This document shows, one piece after another, positions 1 to 7,759 of a DNA stretch of 38,707 nucleotides. Position numbers and translations under genes: made by a program. The DNA comes from a virus (taxonomy: Duplodnaviria > Caudoviricetes): the IMG/VR virus record IMGVR_UViG_3300037484_000646, positions 1 to 38,707 of that record, one strand, 5' to 3'. Below the pieces are notes generated by a model. The model searched no databases. It was not told where the DNA came from and worked only from the letters and a program-made list of their open reading frames with translations. Positions within the stretch are counted from its first letter, which is position 1; the number at the start of each line of letters is the position of its first letter.

Positions 1-22
1 CGCTCGTCCCACTCCACTCGAC

Positions 23-148
23 CCTGAGTTCACCATGCGATCTCCTTCGCACCTCGAATCGTGCCCCGAGGGCCACCGTCAACCGGAGTCATTCGCGTTG
101 CCGACGTCCGACGCTGGTTCACTTCCGGAGCAACCAGAGTTGGGATTC
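23..148 (+). repeat. 126-bp terminal direct repeat, copy 1 (circular assembly overlap)
   Basis: cctgagttcaccatg...gagttgggattc is identical to 38582-38707; bases 1-22 do not match the sequence before copy 2. Confidence 0.95.
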
Positions 149-517
149 GACTTCAAATCTCAGGTGGATGGCGCGGCGGCGGTGCTCCTCGACAAGATCA
201 CGAGGGCGATCGACGCGAGCGGCAAGAGGGGCGATGGGTTCGCTGCGGATCTCGACCTCGACCCGGCGCAGCTCTCGCGCGCGCTGCGGTCCCGCGGCGC
301 CCACTTCTCCGTCCGCTGGATGCCAGCGGTGATCTGGCGGGACCGGGACCACACGGTGATCCGCTTCCTCGCAGCCATGGCCGGCGGCGAGTTCGTCCCG
401 AAGCCGAAGAGGACCCGCGAGGACGAGAACGAGGCGCTTCGCCGGTACGTCGAGGAGCACATGGGCGAGCACGGCATGGACGTCATCAAACATGCGCTGG
501 GTGAGGAGCGGGCATGA
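35..517 (+). CDS. CII-like phage transcriptional regulator
   Basis: Immediately downstream of cro on the circle; HTH-like segment FAADLDLDPAQLSRAL followed by a CII-type helical tail (IRFLAAMAGGEFVP). Confidence 0.6.
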   Translation: MRSPSHLESCPEGHRQPESFALPTSDAGSLPEQPELGFDFKSQVDGAAAVLLDKITRAIDASGKRGDGFAADLDLDPAQLSRALRSRGAHFSVRWMPAVIWRDRDHTVIRFLAAMAGGEFVPKPKRTREDENEALRRYVEEHMGEHGMDVIKHALGEERA

Positions 518-1014
518 GCGAGAGCTACGCGGCGCCGTGTCCGCACTGTGAGCGGTTCTTCACGGACCTGCCGGCGCATGTGGCCGCAACCTGCGGCTTG
601 CCCACCATTGAGACCGACCGGGCTCCGATGCCGTACCTAACGGCAGACCGGTGGACCGCGCTGTTCTGGGCCAGGGTGACGCGACGCGGGCCGGACGAGT
701 GCTGGCTATGGGCGGCGGGGCGCAACAGTATGATCCGAGGCACGGTGGTGATCCCGAAGAAGCTGAACGGGATCGGCCAACTCTTGAACTGTACCGTCCG
801 CAACCGGCACATGCTGGCACACCGGGTGGCCTGGGCCCTTGTGAACGGGCAGATCCCAGTGGGCGGGCAGATCTGCCACCGCTGCGACAATGGGTTGTGC
901 TGCAACCCGGCGCATCTCTACCTGGGCGACCACCACGACAACATGAACGACACTGTGGTGCGGAAGCGGCACAGCCTGCTCCGTGCTGCGCGGCGCGCGG
1001 GGGTGGAACCGTGA
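514..1014 (+). CDS. HNH endonuclease
   Basis: CWLW...AHRVAW...ICHRCDNGLCCNPAHLYLGDHHDNMND motif; ATGA overlap with the upstream gene. Confidence 0.9.
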   Translation: MSESYAAPCPHCERFFTDLPAHVAATCGLPTIETDRAPMPYLTADRWTALFWARVTRRGPDECWLWAAGRNSMIRGTVVIPKKLNGIGQLLNCTVRNRHMLAHRVAWALVNGQIPVGGQICHRCDNGLCCNPAHLYLGDHHDNMNDTVVRKRHSLLRAARRAGVEP

Positions 1015-1205
1015 CCCTCCATAACGGCGCCCTAGCGATGGACCTGGCGCGCGTCGCCCAATTCACCGCGTTGCGGCGCGACTGGCAGCCCAGCACCCGG
1101 CAGACGCTGCTGCATGTCGCGGCGATTCTCCGAGCGGAAGCGATGGCGCAGATCCTCATCGAGCAGGTCGCCCGCGCGTGCGCGAGGAGTGGGGGCGAGT
1201 CGTGA
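1011..1205 (+). CDS. Hypothetical protein (64 aa)
   Basis: GTGA overlaps at both ends (1011-1014, 1202-1205); corresponds to the 3' part of ORF 651..1205. Confidence 0.55.
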   Translation: MTLHNGALAMDLARVAQFTALRRDWQPSTRQTLLHVAAILRAEAMAQILIEQVARACARSGGES

Positions 1206-2125
1206 CGGTCCCCGCGACGGTGGACTACTGCGGTGGGTGCGGAGCAGTGGTCTGGGATGGGCAGGAGCACCTCTGCCCCGCGTACGCTCCGGAGTGGAGG
1301 AGTCGTAGGGCCAACGCAGCAACCACGAAGGGAGGTGTTGATGGTGCGGCGCTAGACCACGAACCGATCGAGGAAACGAAGGGCGCGGCGGCCGGGCTGG
1401 TCGAGCTGGTCGCCGCGTCGAAGGGCATCACCCTCCACGAGGCCCCGCAGCTTCCCGCGCTCGAGCGCATCAAACGCCTGCTCGACATGTGCCTCACTGT
1501 GGATGAGGCCGCCGAGGTCCACGGCCAGTTCTGCGCGGCGGAGGTCTACTACCGCAAGCGCTCCGACGCGATCGAGATCCAGAACCAAGCATCAGAGGCG
1601 CGCCTGCGGGCCGAGCGCCGCATCGGCGAGCTGCTCCGCGCGACGCCCAAGCACAAGGGCGGGCGCCCCTCGCTAACCGGTACTTCCGAGGGACCGGTTA
1701 AGACGCTGAGCGAGATCGGCATCAGCAAAAACCAGGCGTCGATCTGGCAGAAGGTCGCAGCGCTCGCGGCGGAGGACTTCGAGGACCGGATCGCGGCGGC
1801 GAAAGAGAATCACCTCGAGCTCACCACCTACCGCGTGCTCCACGAGGCGAAGGAAGTGGCCGCGGCGGCCGAGCGGCTGGCGAAGCGAGACGAGGCGCCT
1901 GCGGCAACTCCCGCGCCGCGCTCCGTCAACGCGAGCGATGCGGCCCTCCGCGAGATGGCGCGCGCAGCCTTCGAGGCCCCTCGCCGAGCCTTCACGGATG
2001 AGCTGCCGGATGAAGCAACCACGAAGTTCCTGCGCGCCGAGGCGGTTCGTTTCATCGCCGACCTCGACACCTTCGAAGGCTCGCGGATCAAGCGCGTCGC
2101 ACTCGAGCAGCCGTCCACCCCGTAG
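1202..2125 (+). CDS. Phage protein with N-terminal CxxC and a central RLRAERRIGELL...TLSEIGISKNQASIWQK DNA-binding-like domain
   Basis: GTGA-coupled start; the central domain resembles one often found N-terminal to phage methyltransferases. Confidence 0.65.
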   Translation: MTVPATVDYCGGCGAVVWDGQEHLCPAYAPEWRSRRANAATTKGGVDGAALDHEPIEETKGAAAGLVELVAASKGITLHEAPQLPALERIKRLLDMCLTVDEAAEVHGQFCAAEVYYRKRSDAIEIQNQASEARLRAERRIGELLRATPKHKGGRPSLTGTSEGPVKTLSEIGISKNQASIWQKVAALAAEDFEDRIAAAKENHLELTTYRVLHEAKEVAAAAERLAKRDEAPAATPAPRSVNASDAALREMARAAFEAPRRAFTDELPDEATTKFLRAEAVRFIADLDTFEGSRIKRVALEQPSTP

Positions 2126-2142
2126 CCACCCCGAGAGGCCCG

Positions 2143-2346
2143 ATGCCGTCCCCCTGTCCCTCCCGCCCCCTCTCCAGCGCGCAGCTCCTAGAGCTCGCGT
2201 CGCTCGTCTCCTCTACTGGCGCCAGTTACCGGGCGATCGCGCTGACCGTGGGCCTGAGAGACCACGAGTGTGTGTGCTGGATCTGTGGGGGCGTCCAACC
2301 CCTCGGCTGTAGCGGCGCGTGCCGCGGGAGGCGCTCCAATGCCTGA
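2143..2346 (+). CDS. Small Cys-rich hypothetical protein
   Basis: GAGAGG upstream; CVCWICG...CSGAC; fills the gap in the operon. Confidence 0.45.
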   Translation: MPSPCPSRPLSSAQLLELASLVSSTGASYRAIALTVGLRDHECVCWICGGVQPLGCSGACRGRRSNA

Positions 2347-2518
2347 CCTATCCACCCCAGAGGAGCGCTCGCGGCGGTCACAGCGCGCTCACCGGCTCGG
2401 GCGCAGGCGTATCGCGGCGTTCGGCGCGTGGCTCGCCTCGGAGCGCGCCGCTGGCCGTGAGCCCTCCATCGAGGAGCGCGGCGCCGAGCGCGCGAGGATC
2501 AGGGGGGCCGTTCGGTGA
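2339..2518 (+). CDS. Small basic hypothetical protein
   Basis: GGGAGG upstream of ATG 2339; GTGA overlap with the methyltransferase. Confidence 0.55.
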   Translation: MPDLSTPEERSRRSQRAHRLGRRRIAAFGAWLASERAAGREPSIEERGAERARIRGAVR

Positions 2519-3243
2519 TCGACCACGTGGTTCACCTCGGAGACTGCCTCGACCCGGTTACGGGGCTCGCGTCGCTACCGGACAAGAGCGTGGACCACGT
2601 GATCTGTGATCCGCCGTACTCCGAGCACGTGAGCGGCAACAGCGTGCGGGGTGATGGTCATAGGGCCGGCGGGAAGCTCAGGGCGCTCGGATTCGCGCAT
2701 CTCACGGAAGAGACGATGAAGGCCGCTGCACTCGAGTTCGCGCGCATCGTTCGTCGCTGGGCGCTCGTCTTCTCCGATGTCGAGAGCGGCCACCTTTGGC
2801 GGGCGGCGCTAGAGGCCGGCGGGTTAGAGTTAATCCGCTCCGGGGTCTGGGTGAAGGAGTTCCCCACGCCGCAAATGACGGGGGATCGGCCGGCGATAGG
2901 GGTGGAGCTGATCACGATCGCGCACCCAAAGGGCCGCAAGCGTTGGAATGGCGGCGGGCGCCCCGCCGTTTGGACGTGCCCCACAGCCTACCGCGACGGC
3001 GACCCAATTACGCACACCACACAGAAGCCTACCAGGCTCATGTCGGCGCTGGTTAGGGACTTCACGGACCGTGGCGAATTGATCTGCGACCCGTTCTCAG
3101 GGTCCGGGACCACGGGGGCGGCGGCAAAACAGATGGGGCGTCGCTTCATTGGTTGGGAGTTGGATGAGACGCACGCCCGGAACGCACAAGCCAGGCTATT
3201 GGTTGCGCGTGATCAGTTGCCGATATTCGCGGAGGGGTCATGA
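2515..3243 (+). CDS. Orphan DNA amino-methyltransferase (N6A/N4C, beta class)
   Basis: Catalytic DPPY near the N-terminus, HTTQKP, and SAM-binding DPFSGSGTT near the C-terminus. Confidence 0.92.
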   Translation: MIDHVVHLGDCLDPVTGLASLPDKSVDHVICDPPYSEHVSGNSVRGDGHRAGGKLRALGFAHLTEETMKAAALEFARIVRRWALVFSDVESGHLWRAALEAGGLELIRSGVWVKEFPTPQMTGDRPAIGVELITIAHPKGRKRWNGGGRPAVWTCPTAYRDGDPITHTTQKPTRLMSALVRDFTDRGELICDPFSGSGTTGAAAKQMGRRFIGWELDETHARNAQARLLVARDQLPIFAEGS

Positions 3244-3440
3244 AGCCCTTCTGGCCCAACCCGGTCTCCGGGAGCGACATGAGCACAGCCAAGGACCACG
3301 CGGACGCGATCTGGCTCTGCGCAGCCGCGAGCGAGGCCGCGAAGGATGGGCGGTTTCAGGATGCGCTGCGGTTGGCCGTGAGAGCGGCGGTGGAGCTCCG
3401 GAAGCTGGCGACGGGGGTGGACCGTAAGGCCGGGGAGTAG
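3240..3440 (+). CDS. Hypothetical protein
   Basis: ATGA overlap with the methyltransferase stop; GGAGGGG upstream. Confidence 0.5.
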   Translation: MKPFWPNPVSGSDMSTAKDHADAIWLCAAASEAAKDGRFQDALRLAVRAAVELRKLATGVDRKAGE

Positions 3441-3452
3441 CGGAGGAGCGAG

Positions 3453-3977
3453 ATGGGTGAGCGCGAGAGAATTCCGCCGAGGACATGGGATGAGGTCGAG
3501 GCTCTCGAGGCGGCAGCGGAGGGAGGCGACGAAATAGCCGTCGCCTACCTGAATCAGCCGTATCGGTTCGCGACCAAGTCTCCGATAGAGGCCAAGCTCG
3601 CCCAGGCCATCATGGGTGCCGCGCCCTACCGCTGGATCCCGAAGGTCTACGAGCCGCAGAGCGATCTCTTCGTCGCCCTTCACCCGAACTGGATGTTTCA
3701 GTTCCAAACGCAGGTGCCGATCCCTCCGTACACGGTGGACCTCTTGCTCTGCTGTCATGAAGAGGTCCGCATTGTCGTCGAGTGCGACGGGCACGACTTC
3801 CATGAGAAGACGGCGGCACAAGCCGAGCACGACAAGCGGCGCGATCGGTTCCTCCAGGCCCAGGGTTATCGAGTGCTGCGCTTCACCGGCCGAGAGATCT
3901 ACCGGAGCGCGGAAGCGGCGGCAGAAGAGATCCTGAAGACGGCCACCAGGCTCGCCCAAGAGCGGGGGGCCGCCTGA
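3453..3977 (+). CDS. DUF559/Vsr-like PD-(D/E)XK endonuclease-domain protein
   Basis: YTVDLL...VECDGHDFHE...DKRRDRFLQAQGYRVLRFTG; GGAGGAG RBS. Confidence 0.85.
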   Translation: MGERERIPPRTWDEVEALEAAAEGGDEIAVAYLNQPYRFATKSPIEAKLAQAIMGAAPYRWIPKVYEPQSDLFVALHPNWMFQFQTQVPIPPYTVDLLLCCHEEVRIVVECDGHDFHEKTAAQAEHDKRRDRFLQAQGYRVLRFTGREIYRSAEAAAEEILKTATRLAQERGAA

Positions 3978-4933
3978 TGCGCTGGGAGGACGAGAAATAC
4001 GTCCGCGTGTACACGCGCGACACCGCCGACTGGCTGGCGCTCTCGTTCGATGCGCAGGCCCTCTTCACCCTCCTTCTACGCAAGGTCGACCGTGCCGGCA
4101 TCCTGGCGCTCGGGAAGCACGGCAAGAAGGCGGTGGCGGTGGTCCTGGGGCACACGAGCCTGTGGGCCGAGAGGCTGGCCCCGGCTCTCGAGGAGCTTCT
4201 CGCCGATGGGTGCGTCACGCTCGACGCCGACCGGCTCATCGTCCCCAACTTCGTGGCGGCGCAGGAAGCCGTGATGAGCGGGGCCCTCCGCACCCGGGAA
4301 TGGCGCGAGAGGTCCAAGGACCGGGATGGGTACCAGCCAGGGCGAGGGCTGGTACTAGGTGACGAAACGTCACCACAAGAGGAGACGAAATGTCACACTT
4401 CCGTGACGAGTGGTGACGCGGCGAGACGCGGCGTGACGCCGTGTGACTCCTTCCTTGCTGTACCTTCTGTACCTTCTGTACCTACTACTACCTCCGCCGC
4501 GCCAAGCGCGTCGGCCCCGGGCGAGGAGCTCTTCGCTGCCCCTGCCCCTGCGGAGACGCCACCCCCCAAGGCGAAGCGCCCGAAGGCCGAAGAGGCAGCC
4601 GACCCGCGGCACGCGGTCTTTATCGCCTCCGCGCACCGGCTCTTCGGGGCGAAGTTCCCGGGCGGGCACCTGACCGTCAACGGCAAGGACGGGACGCACT
4701 TACGGGACTTCCTTACCTGCCAGCCAGCCGTGACGCTCGAGCAGTTCGAGCACGTGTACCTGACGGCGGTCGCGCTCGGCGGGAAGTGGCCAGGCTGCAC
4801 CCGCGTCGCCGACGTCGTCGACCGCTGGTCTGACCTCTTCGCGCTCGCGACAGGGCCGCCTAACGGCGCTCGCCAATCCTTCGCCTCCGCCAGCCCCGCA
4901 CGCACCGAAACCCGAAAGGTCGCCATCACGTGA
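3977..4933 (+). CDS. Replication initiator protein (lambda O-like position)
   Basis: Directly upstream of a DnaC-like ATPase; carries an iteron array in its central low-complexity linker. Confidence 0.75.
   Translation: MRWEDEKYVRVYTRDTADWLALSFDAQALFTLLLRKVDRAGILALGKHGKKAVAVVLGHTSLWAERLAPALEELLADGCVTLDADRLIVPNFVAAQEAVMSGALRTREWRERSKDRDGYQPGRGLVLGDETSPQEETKCHTSVTSGDAARRGVTPCDSFLAVPSVPSVPTTTSAAPSASAPGEELFAAPAPAETPPPKAKRPKAEEAADPRHAVFIASAHRLFGAKFPGGHLTVNGKDGTHLRDFLTCQPAVTLEQFEHVYLTAVALGGKWPGCTRVADVVDRWSDLFALATGPPNGARQSFASASPARTETRKVAIT
4330..4494. promoter_or_regulatory. Putative replication origin (iterons plus pyrimidine-rich repeats)
   Basis: Inverted repeat GTACCAGCC/GGCTGGTAC (4330-4355); palindrome GGTGACG-AAA-CGTCACC (4358-4374); G(T/A)GAC at 4403, 4413, 4423, 4433, 4443; CTGTACCT(T/A) x3 at 4458-4484. 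Confidence 0.75.
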
Positions 4934-5607
4934 GCCAGCCCGATCCAGTAGCCATCTCCTCCGCGATGGCCCGCCTGCGTAACATCGCCGAGGAGCGCAA
5001 GCGCGAGCTCGACAGTGACCCGACCCTGAGCGAGCAGATCCGGAAACGCATCGCCGAGCACGAGGCGGGCAGGGCGACAGAGGCGAGGCGCTGGCGGGAC
5101 GCTGTGCTCGAGCAGGCCGGCATCCCGCGGCGCATGTGGGCGGACCTCGAGAGCCTGCAAGAGACCCCGGCCGTGGCCGCCACGAGGGCCTGGCTCGGAG
5201 GCGGCAAGACGTTTCTCGTGCTCGAGGGTGGCGTGGGAGTCGGGAAGACGTACGCAGCGGCGGACTTCGCCGCGTCACCGGGCGGACTCTTCGTCAAGGC
5301 TGACGCGCTTGCCAGGCTTTCAGCCTTCGATATCGAGGGGTGGGAGCGCATCTATCGCGCCCCACGGCTGGCGATCGACGACCTGGGGACGGAACGGCTC
5401 GACGAGAAGGGGTGGGCCCTCGGAGCGATCCTCGCGTGCATCGACCGGCGGTACGACGACGCGGCGCGAACGGTCATCACAACCAACCTGAGCCTCGATG
5501 CCGTCCGCGAGCGATACGGGAAGGACGGGGGCCGCCTCTTCGACCGGCTGCGGGAGGCAGCGGAATGGGTGCAGCTCGCCGGGACCTCGATGCGGAAGGC
5601 GCAGTGA
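4930..5607 (+). CDS. DnaC/IstB-like AAA+ helicase loader
   Basis: Walker A GGVGVGKT, Walker B LAIDDLG, TVITTN and RLFDRL motifs. Confidence 0.9.
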   Translation: MSQPDPVAISSAMARLRNIAEERKRELDSDPTLSEQIRKRIAEHEAGRATEARRWRDAVLEQAGIPRRMWADLESLQETPAVAATRAWLGGGKTFLVLEGGVGVGKTYAAADFAASPGGLFVKADALARLSAFDIEGWERIYRAPRLAIDDLGTERLDEKGWALGAILACIDRRYDDAARTVITTNLSLDAVRERYGKDGGRLFDRLREAAEWVQLAGTSMRKAQ

Positions 5608-5667
5608 TCATCTGCGACGCGCCAGGCTGTATGCGGCCGTCACGGACCGACGCGGACGGGAGGTGCC

Positions 5668-5877
5668 ATGTTCACGACAGAGCAGAAGCGGGAGTGGAGC
5701 CGCACAGCGGACCACGAGCGGGCGGGCCGCCGCAGCCATGGGCACAGAACCTGGGAGCCCTGGGAAGACCGGACGGTGCGGCGGCTGCGCGAGGAAGGGT
5801 GGACGGCGCGCGCGATCGCCGTGCACCTGGGGCGTTCGTACACCGTGATCCTCCAGCGCGTTAGGACGCTCCAATGA
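5668..5877 (+). CDS. Small Myb/HTH-like DNA-binding protein
   Basis: GGGAGG RBS; WEPWEDRTVRRLREEGWTARAIAVHLGRS pattern. Confidence 0.7.
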   Translation: MFTTEQKREWSRTADHERAGRRSHGHRTWEPWEDRTVRRLREEGWTARAIAVHLGRSYTVILQRVRTLQ

Positions 5878-6032
5878 CCGCCGCTCTCGCCTCGCTGTCC
5901 CTCCTCGTCGGCCTCTGGCTCCTCCGCCGGAACCGGAAGCGGTGCTGGTTCCCACGGGAGCGAGTGAGGCACCCGGAGAGGCTCACGGGCGCCGTGTGGC
6001 CTGAACCGCCCACGAAGCGAGGTTGGCTATGA
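5874..6032 (+). CDS. Small membrane-anchored protein (52 aa, below the ORF track cutoff)
   Basis: ATGA overlaps at both ends; MTAALASLSLLVGLWLLRRNRKR is a hydrophobic helix followed by basic residues. Confidence 0.55.
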   Translation: MTAALASLSLLVGLWLLRRNRKRCWFPRERVRHPERLTGAVWPEPPTKRGWL

Positions 6033-6352
6033 GCAAAACCACGCACGACCCAGAGCCGTGGTTCGTGGACAACAGCCGCGGATACGAGGAGTTCAAGAGC
6101 GTCATTGCGTCCCGGCAACCCCCAGAGGGCGACGACCGCTGGATCGTCCCGGCCGACGATGACGCCGACGCTCGACGCATCGTCGCCTGCGTGAACGCGT
6201 GCGCCGGTATCCCGACCGAGGCGTTGGAGAGGGGGGCGCTAGGGAGGGCGATTCAACATATTGCGAACCTAAGCGCGAATACCGGGTTTCCAGGGAGTCT
6301 CCGCGACGACCTCGCCAGCCTCGCCCGCGTCCTCGGGAGGCTCCCCCCGTGA
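6029..6352 (+). CDS. Phage protein of the 'PW...ARRIVACVNAC' (Ea22-like) family
   Basis: HDPEPW and DARRIVACVNACAGIPTEAL motifs. Confidence 0.7.
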   Translation: MSKTTHDPEPWFVDNSRGYEEFKSVIASRQPPEGDDRWIVPADDDADARRIVACVNACAGIPTEALERGALGRAIQHIANLSANTGFPGSLRDDLASLARVLGRLPP

Positions 6353-6534
6353 CCTGTTTCGCCACCTGCCCACCCTGCCCAGGGTGCGAGGAGCTTCGGG
6401 CGAGGCTCATCGACGTCGAGAGGGAGCGGGATCAACTCCTCCGCCCCACGATGGCCTGGCTCCTCCGAGCGCTCCAGGCCGCCCAAGATGACGCTCTCAA
6501 GCGCGAGGCGGCGCAGAACGGGGCGGGCAAGTGA
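6349..6534 (+). CDS. Small CxxC plus coiled-coil protein
   Basis: GTGA coupling at both ends; CPPCPGCEELRARL. Confidence 0.5.
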   Translation: MTCFATCPPCPGCEELRARLIDVERERDQLLRPTMAWLLRALQAAQDDALKREAAQNGAGK

Positions 6535-6752
6535 ACGCGCCGCGCGGCCGTCCCGATGCGATCGCCACCCCGGACGCACCAGGCGGCGGGTCCACGCCGA
6601 ACGTCGAAGGACGGGCCCATCCCGTTCGCCTGGCGCAGTGCTCCAGCTGCGGCAGGAAAGCGTGGGCAGGCACCAACGGGGTGCCACTCAGGTGGACCGG
6701 CGACCTCTGCCGTCACTGCGTAGTGCTCGGGAGGATGCTTGGCCCTGCATAG
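6531..6752 (+). CDS. Small zinc-ribbon protein
   Basis: CSSC...CRHC; GTGA coupling. Confidence 0.5.
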   Translation: MNAPRGRPDAIATPDAPGGGSTPNVEGRAHPVRLAQCSSCGRKAWAGTNGVPLRWTGDLCRHCVVLGRMLGPA

Positions 6753-7050
6753 GCGAGCGGCGAAGAGGGACGACAACGAGGTTGAAATCGTCACGGCGCT
6801 GCGCAGGGTCGGCGCCGACGTGCGCCGGCTCTCAGGCGCTGGCGTCCCGGACCTGCTCGTGGGCTTCCGGTGCCGGACGCTGCTGCTCGGCGTGAAGCGG
6901 CCGGACGGACCACGAGGCGGCACCTCGGCAGGCCGAGATCGCAAGAGCGGAGACCAGCGGCCGGACGCGTGGCCCGGCGGGCCGTGGGTCGTGGTGACAA
7001 CGGTGGCCGAGGCTCTCGAGGTGCTCGGCTTTATGGCGGAGGCCGCATGA
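6739..7050 (+). CDS. VRR-NUC/Holliday-junction-resolvase-like PD-(D/E)XK protein, possibly inactive
   Basis: RAAKRDDNEVEIVTALR..G...GVPDLLVG...LLLGVK; Gly stands where the EVK motif glutamate is expected. Confidence 0.75.
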   Translation: MALHRRAAKRDDNEVEIVTALRRVGADVRRLSGAGVPDLLVGFRCRTLLLGVKRPDGPRGGTSAGRDRKSGDQRPDAWPGGPWVVVTTVAEALEVLGFMAEAA

Positions 7051-7307
7051 CGCACCACGCAAGGCTCGTCCATTGGCAGTGCGCCGGTTGCGACCTCATC
7101 CGCACCACCTACCCGGAGGGATACCCGCGCGGGTGGCGACACGAGAGCGGGAGCGACGTTTGTCGGATCTGCGGCAGAGGGAGGCGGGATGCTCGACATG
7201 GTCACAGCGCGACGCAGCAGGGCCCCCTGGTCGATGAGGCGCGGCAGCGAACCGGAGCGGCAATGCCTGGGTTGCCACCGCACGGTGCAGGGGCGGCGCT
7301 TCTGTAG
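7047..7307 (+). CDS. Zinc-ribbon hypothetical protein
   Basis: ATGA coupling; CAGC...CRIC; its 3' end overlaps the next ORF by 119 nt. Confidence 0.45.
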   Translation: MTHHARLVHWQCAGCDLIRTTYPEGYPRGWRHESGSDVCRICGRGRRDARHGHSATQQGPLVDEARQRTGAAMPGLPPHGAGAALL

Positions 7308-7410
7308 GGCGTGCCGTAAGCGCATCGAGGACGGGCAGCCGGTCGAGGCGTCGGACTGCCTGAGCTACGACGACGTGAGGTGGCTGCGGAGATGGTCTAA
7401 AAGGGCTTGA
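7189..7410 (+). CDS. Zinc-finger protein, last gene before the packaging module (possible late regulator)
   Basis: GGGAGG RBS; CLGC...CRAC. Confidence 0.55.
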   Translation: MLDMVTARRSRAPWSMRRGSEPERQCLGCHRTVQGRRFCRACRKRIEDGQPVEASDCLSYDDVRWLRRWSKRA

Positions 7411-7447
7411 AGCAAGCCCAATAGACGTCACGATAGACCGAGGCTAG

Positions 7448-7759
7448 ATGGCTCTCGGTCGAAAGACAGGCGGACGCAAGAAGGGCTCCAAGAACCGATT
7501 CCCCTCGGGCGTTGGGGAATTGCGCGAAGCGGCAAAGAAGCAGAAGGAAGCATTCCTCAAGGCGTTCGTGGACAACAACCGGGCGCTCGCCGAGAAGAAG
7601 TGGGCGGACATCGGGGACCCGGCGGACGCGTTCAAGCTCTGGCTCGCTGCGGCCGAGTACGCCTATCCCAAGCTGGGTCGGCTCGAGCATACCGGGGAGG
7701 GCGGTGGACCGGTCGTACACAGGATCGAGCGCGTGATCGTCGACCCCGCGAAGCCATGA
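7448..7759 (+). CDS. terS: Terminase small subunit
   Basis: GRKTGGRKKGSKN N-terminus and EHTGEGGGPV C-terminus; overlaps the terL start. Confidence 0.8.
   Translation: MALGRKTGGRKKGSKNRFPSGVGELREAAKKQKEAFLKAFVDNNRALAEKKWADIGDPADAFKLWLAAAEYAYPKLGRLEHTGEGGGPVVHRIERVIVDPAKP

Noticed and set aside
2515-3977. Methyltransferase plus DUF559 nuclease as a restriction-modification system
   Set aside because: Both are common stand-alone genes in phage replication operons, are separated by another ORF and show no REase-like features; not excluded experimentally.
7411-7447. ATAGAC repeated twice before terS as a late promoter or pac site
   Set aside because: Too short to distinguish from chance and no clear -35/-10 pair.
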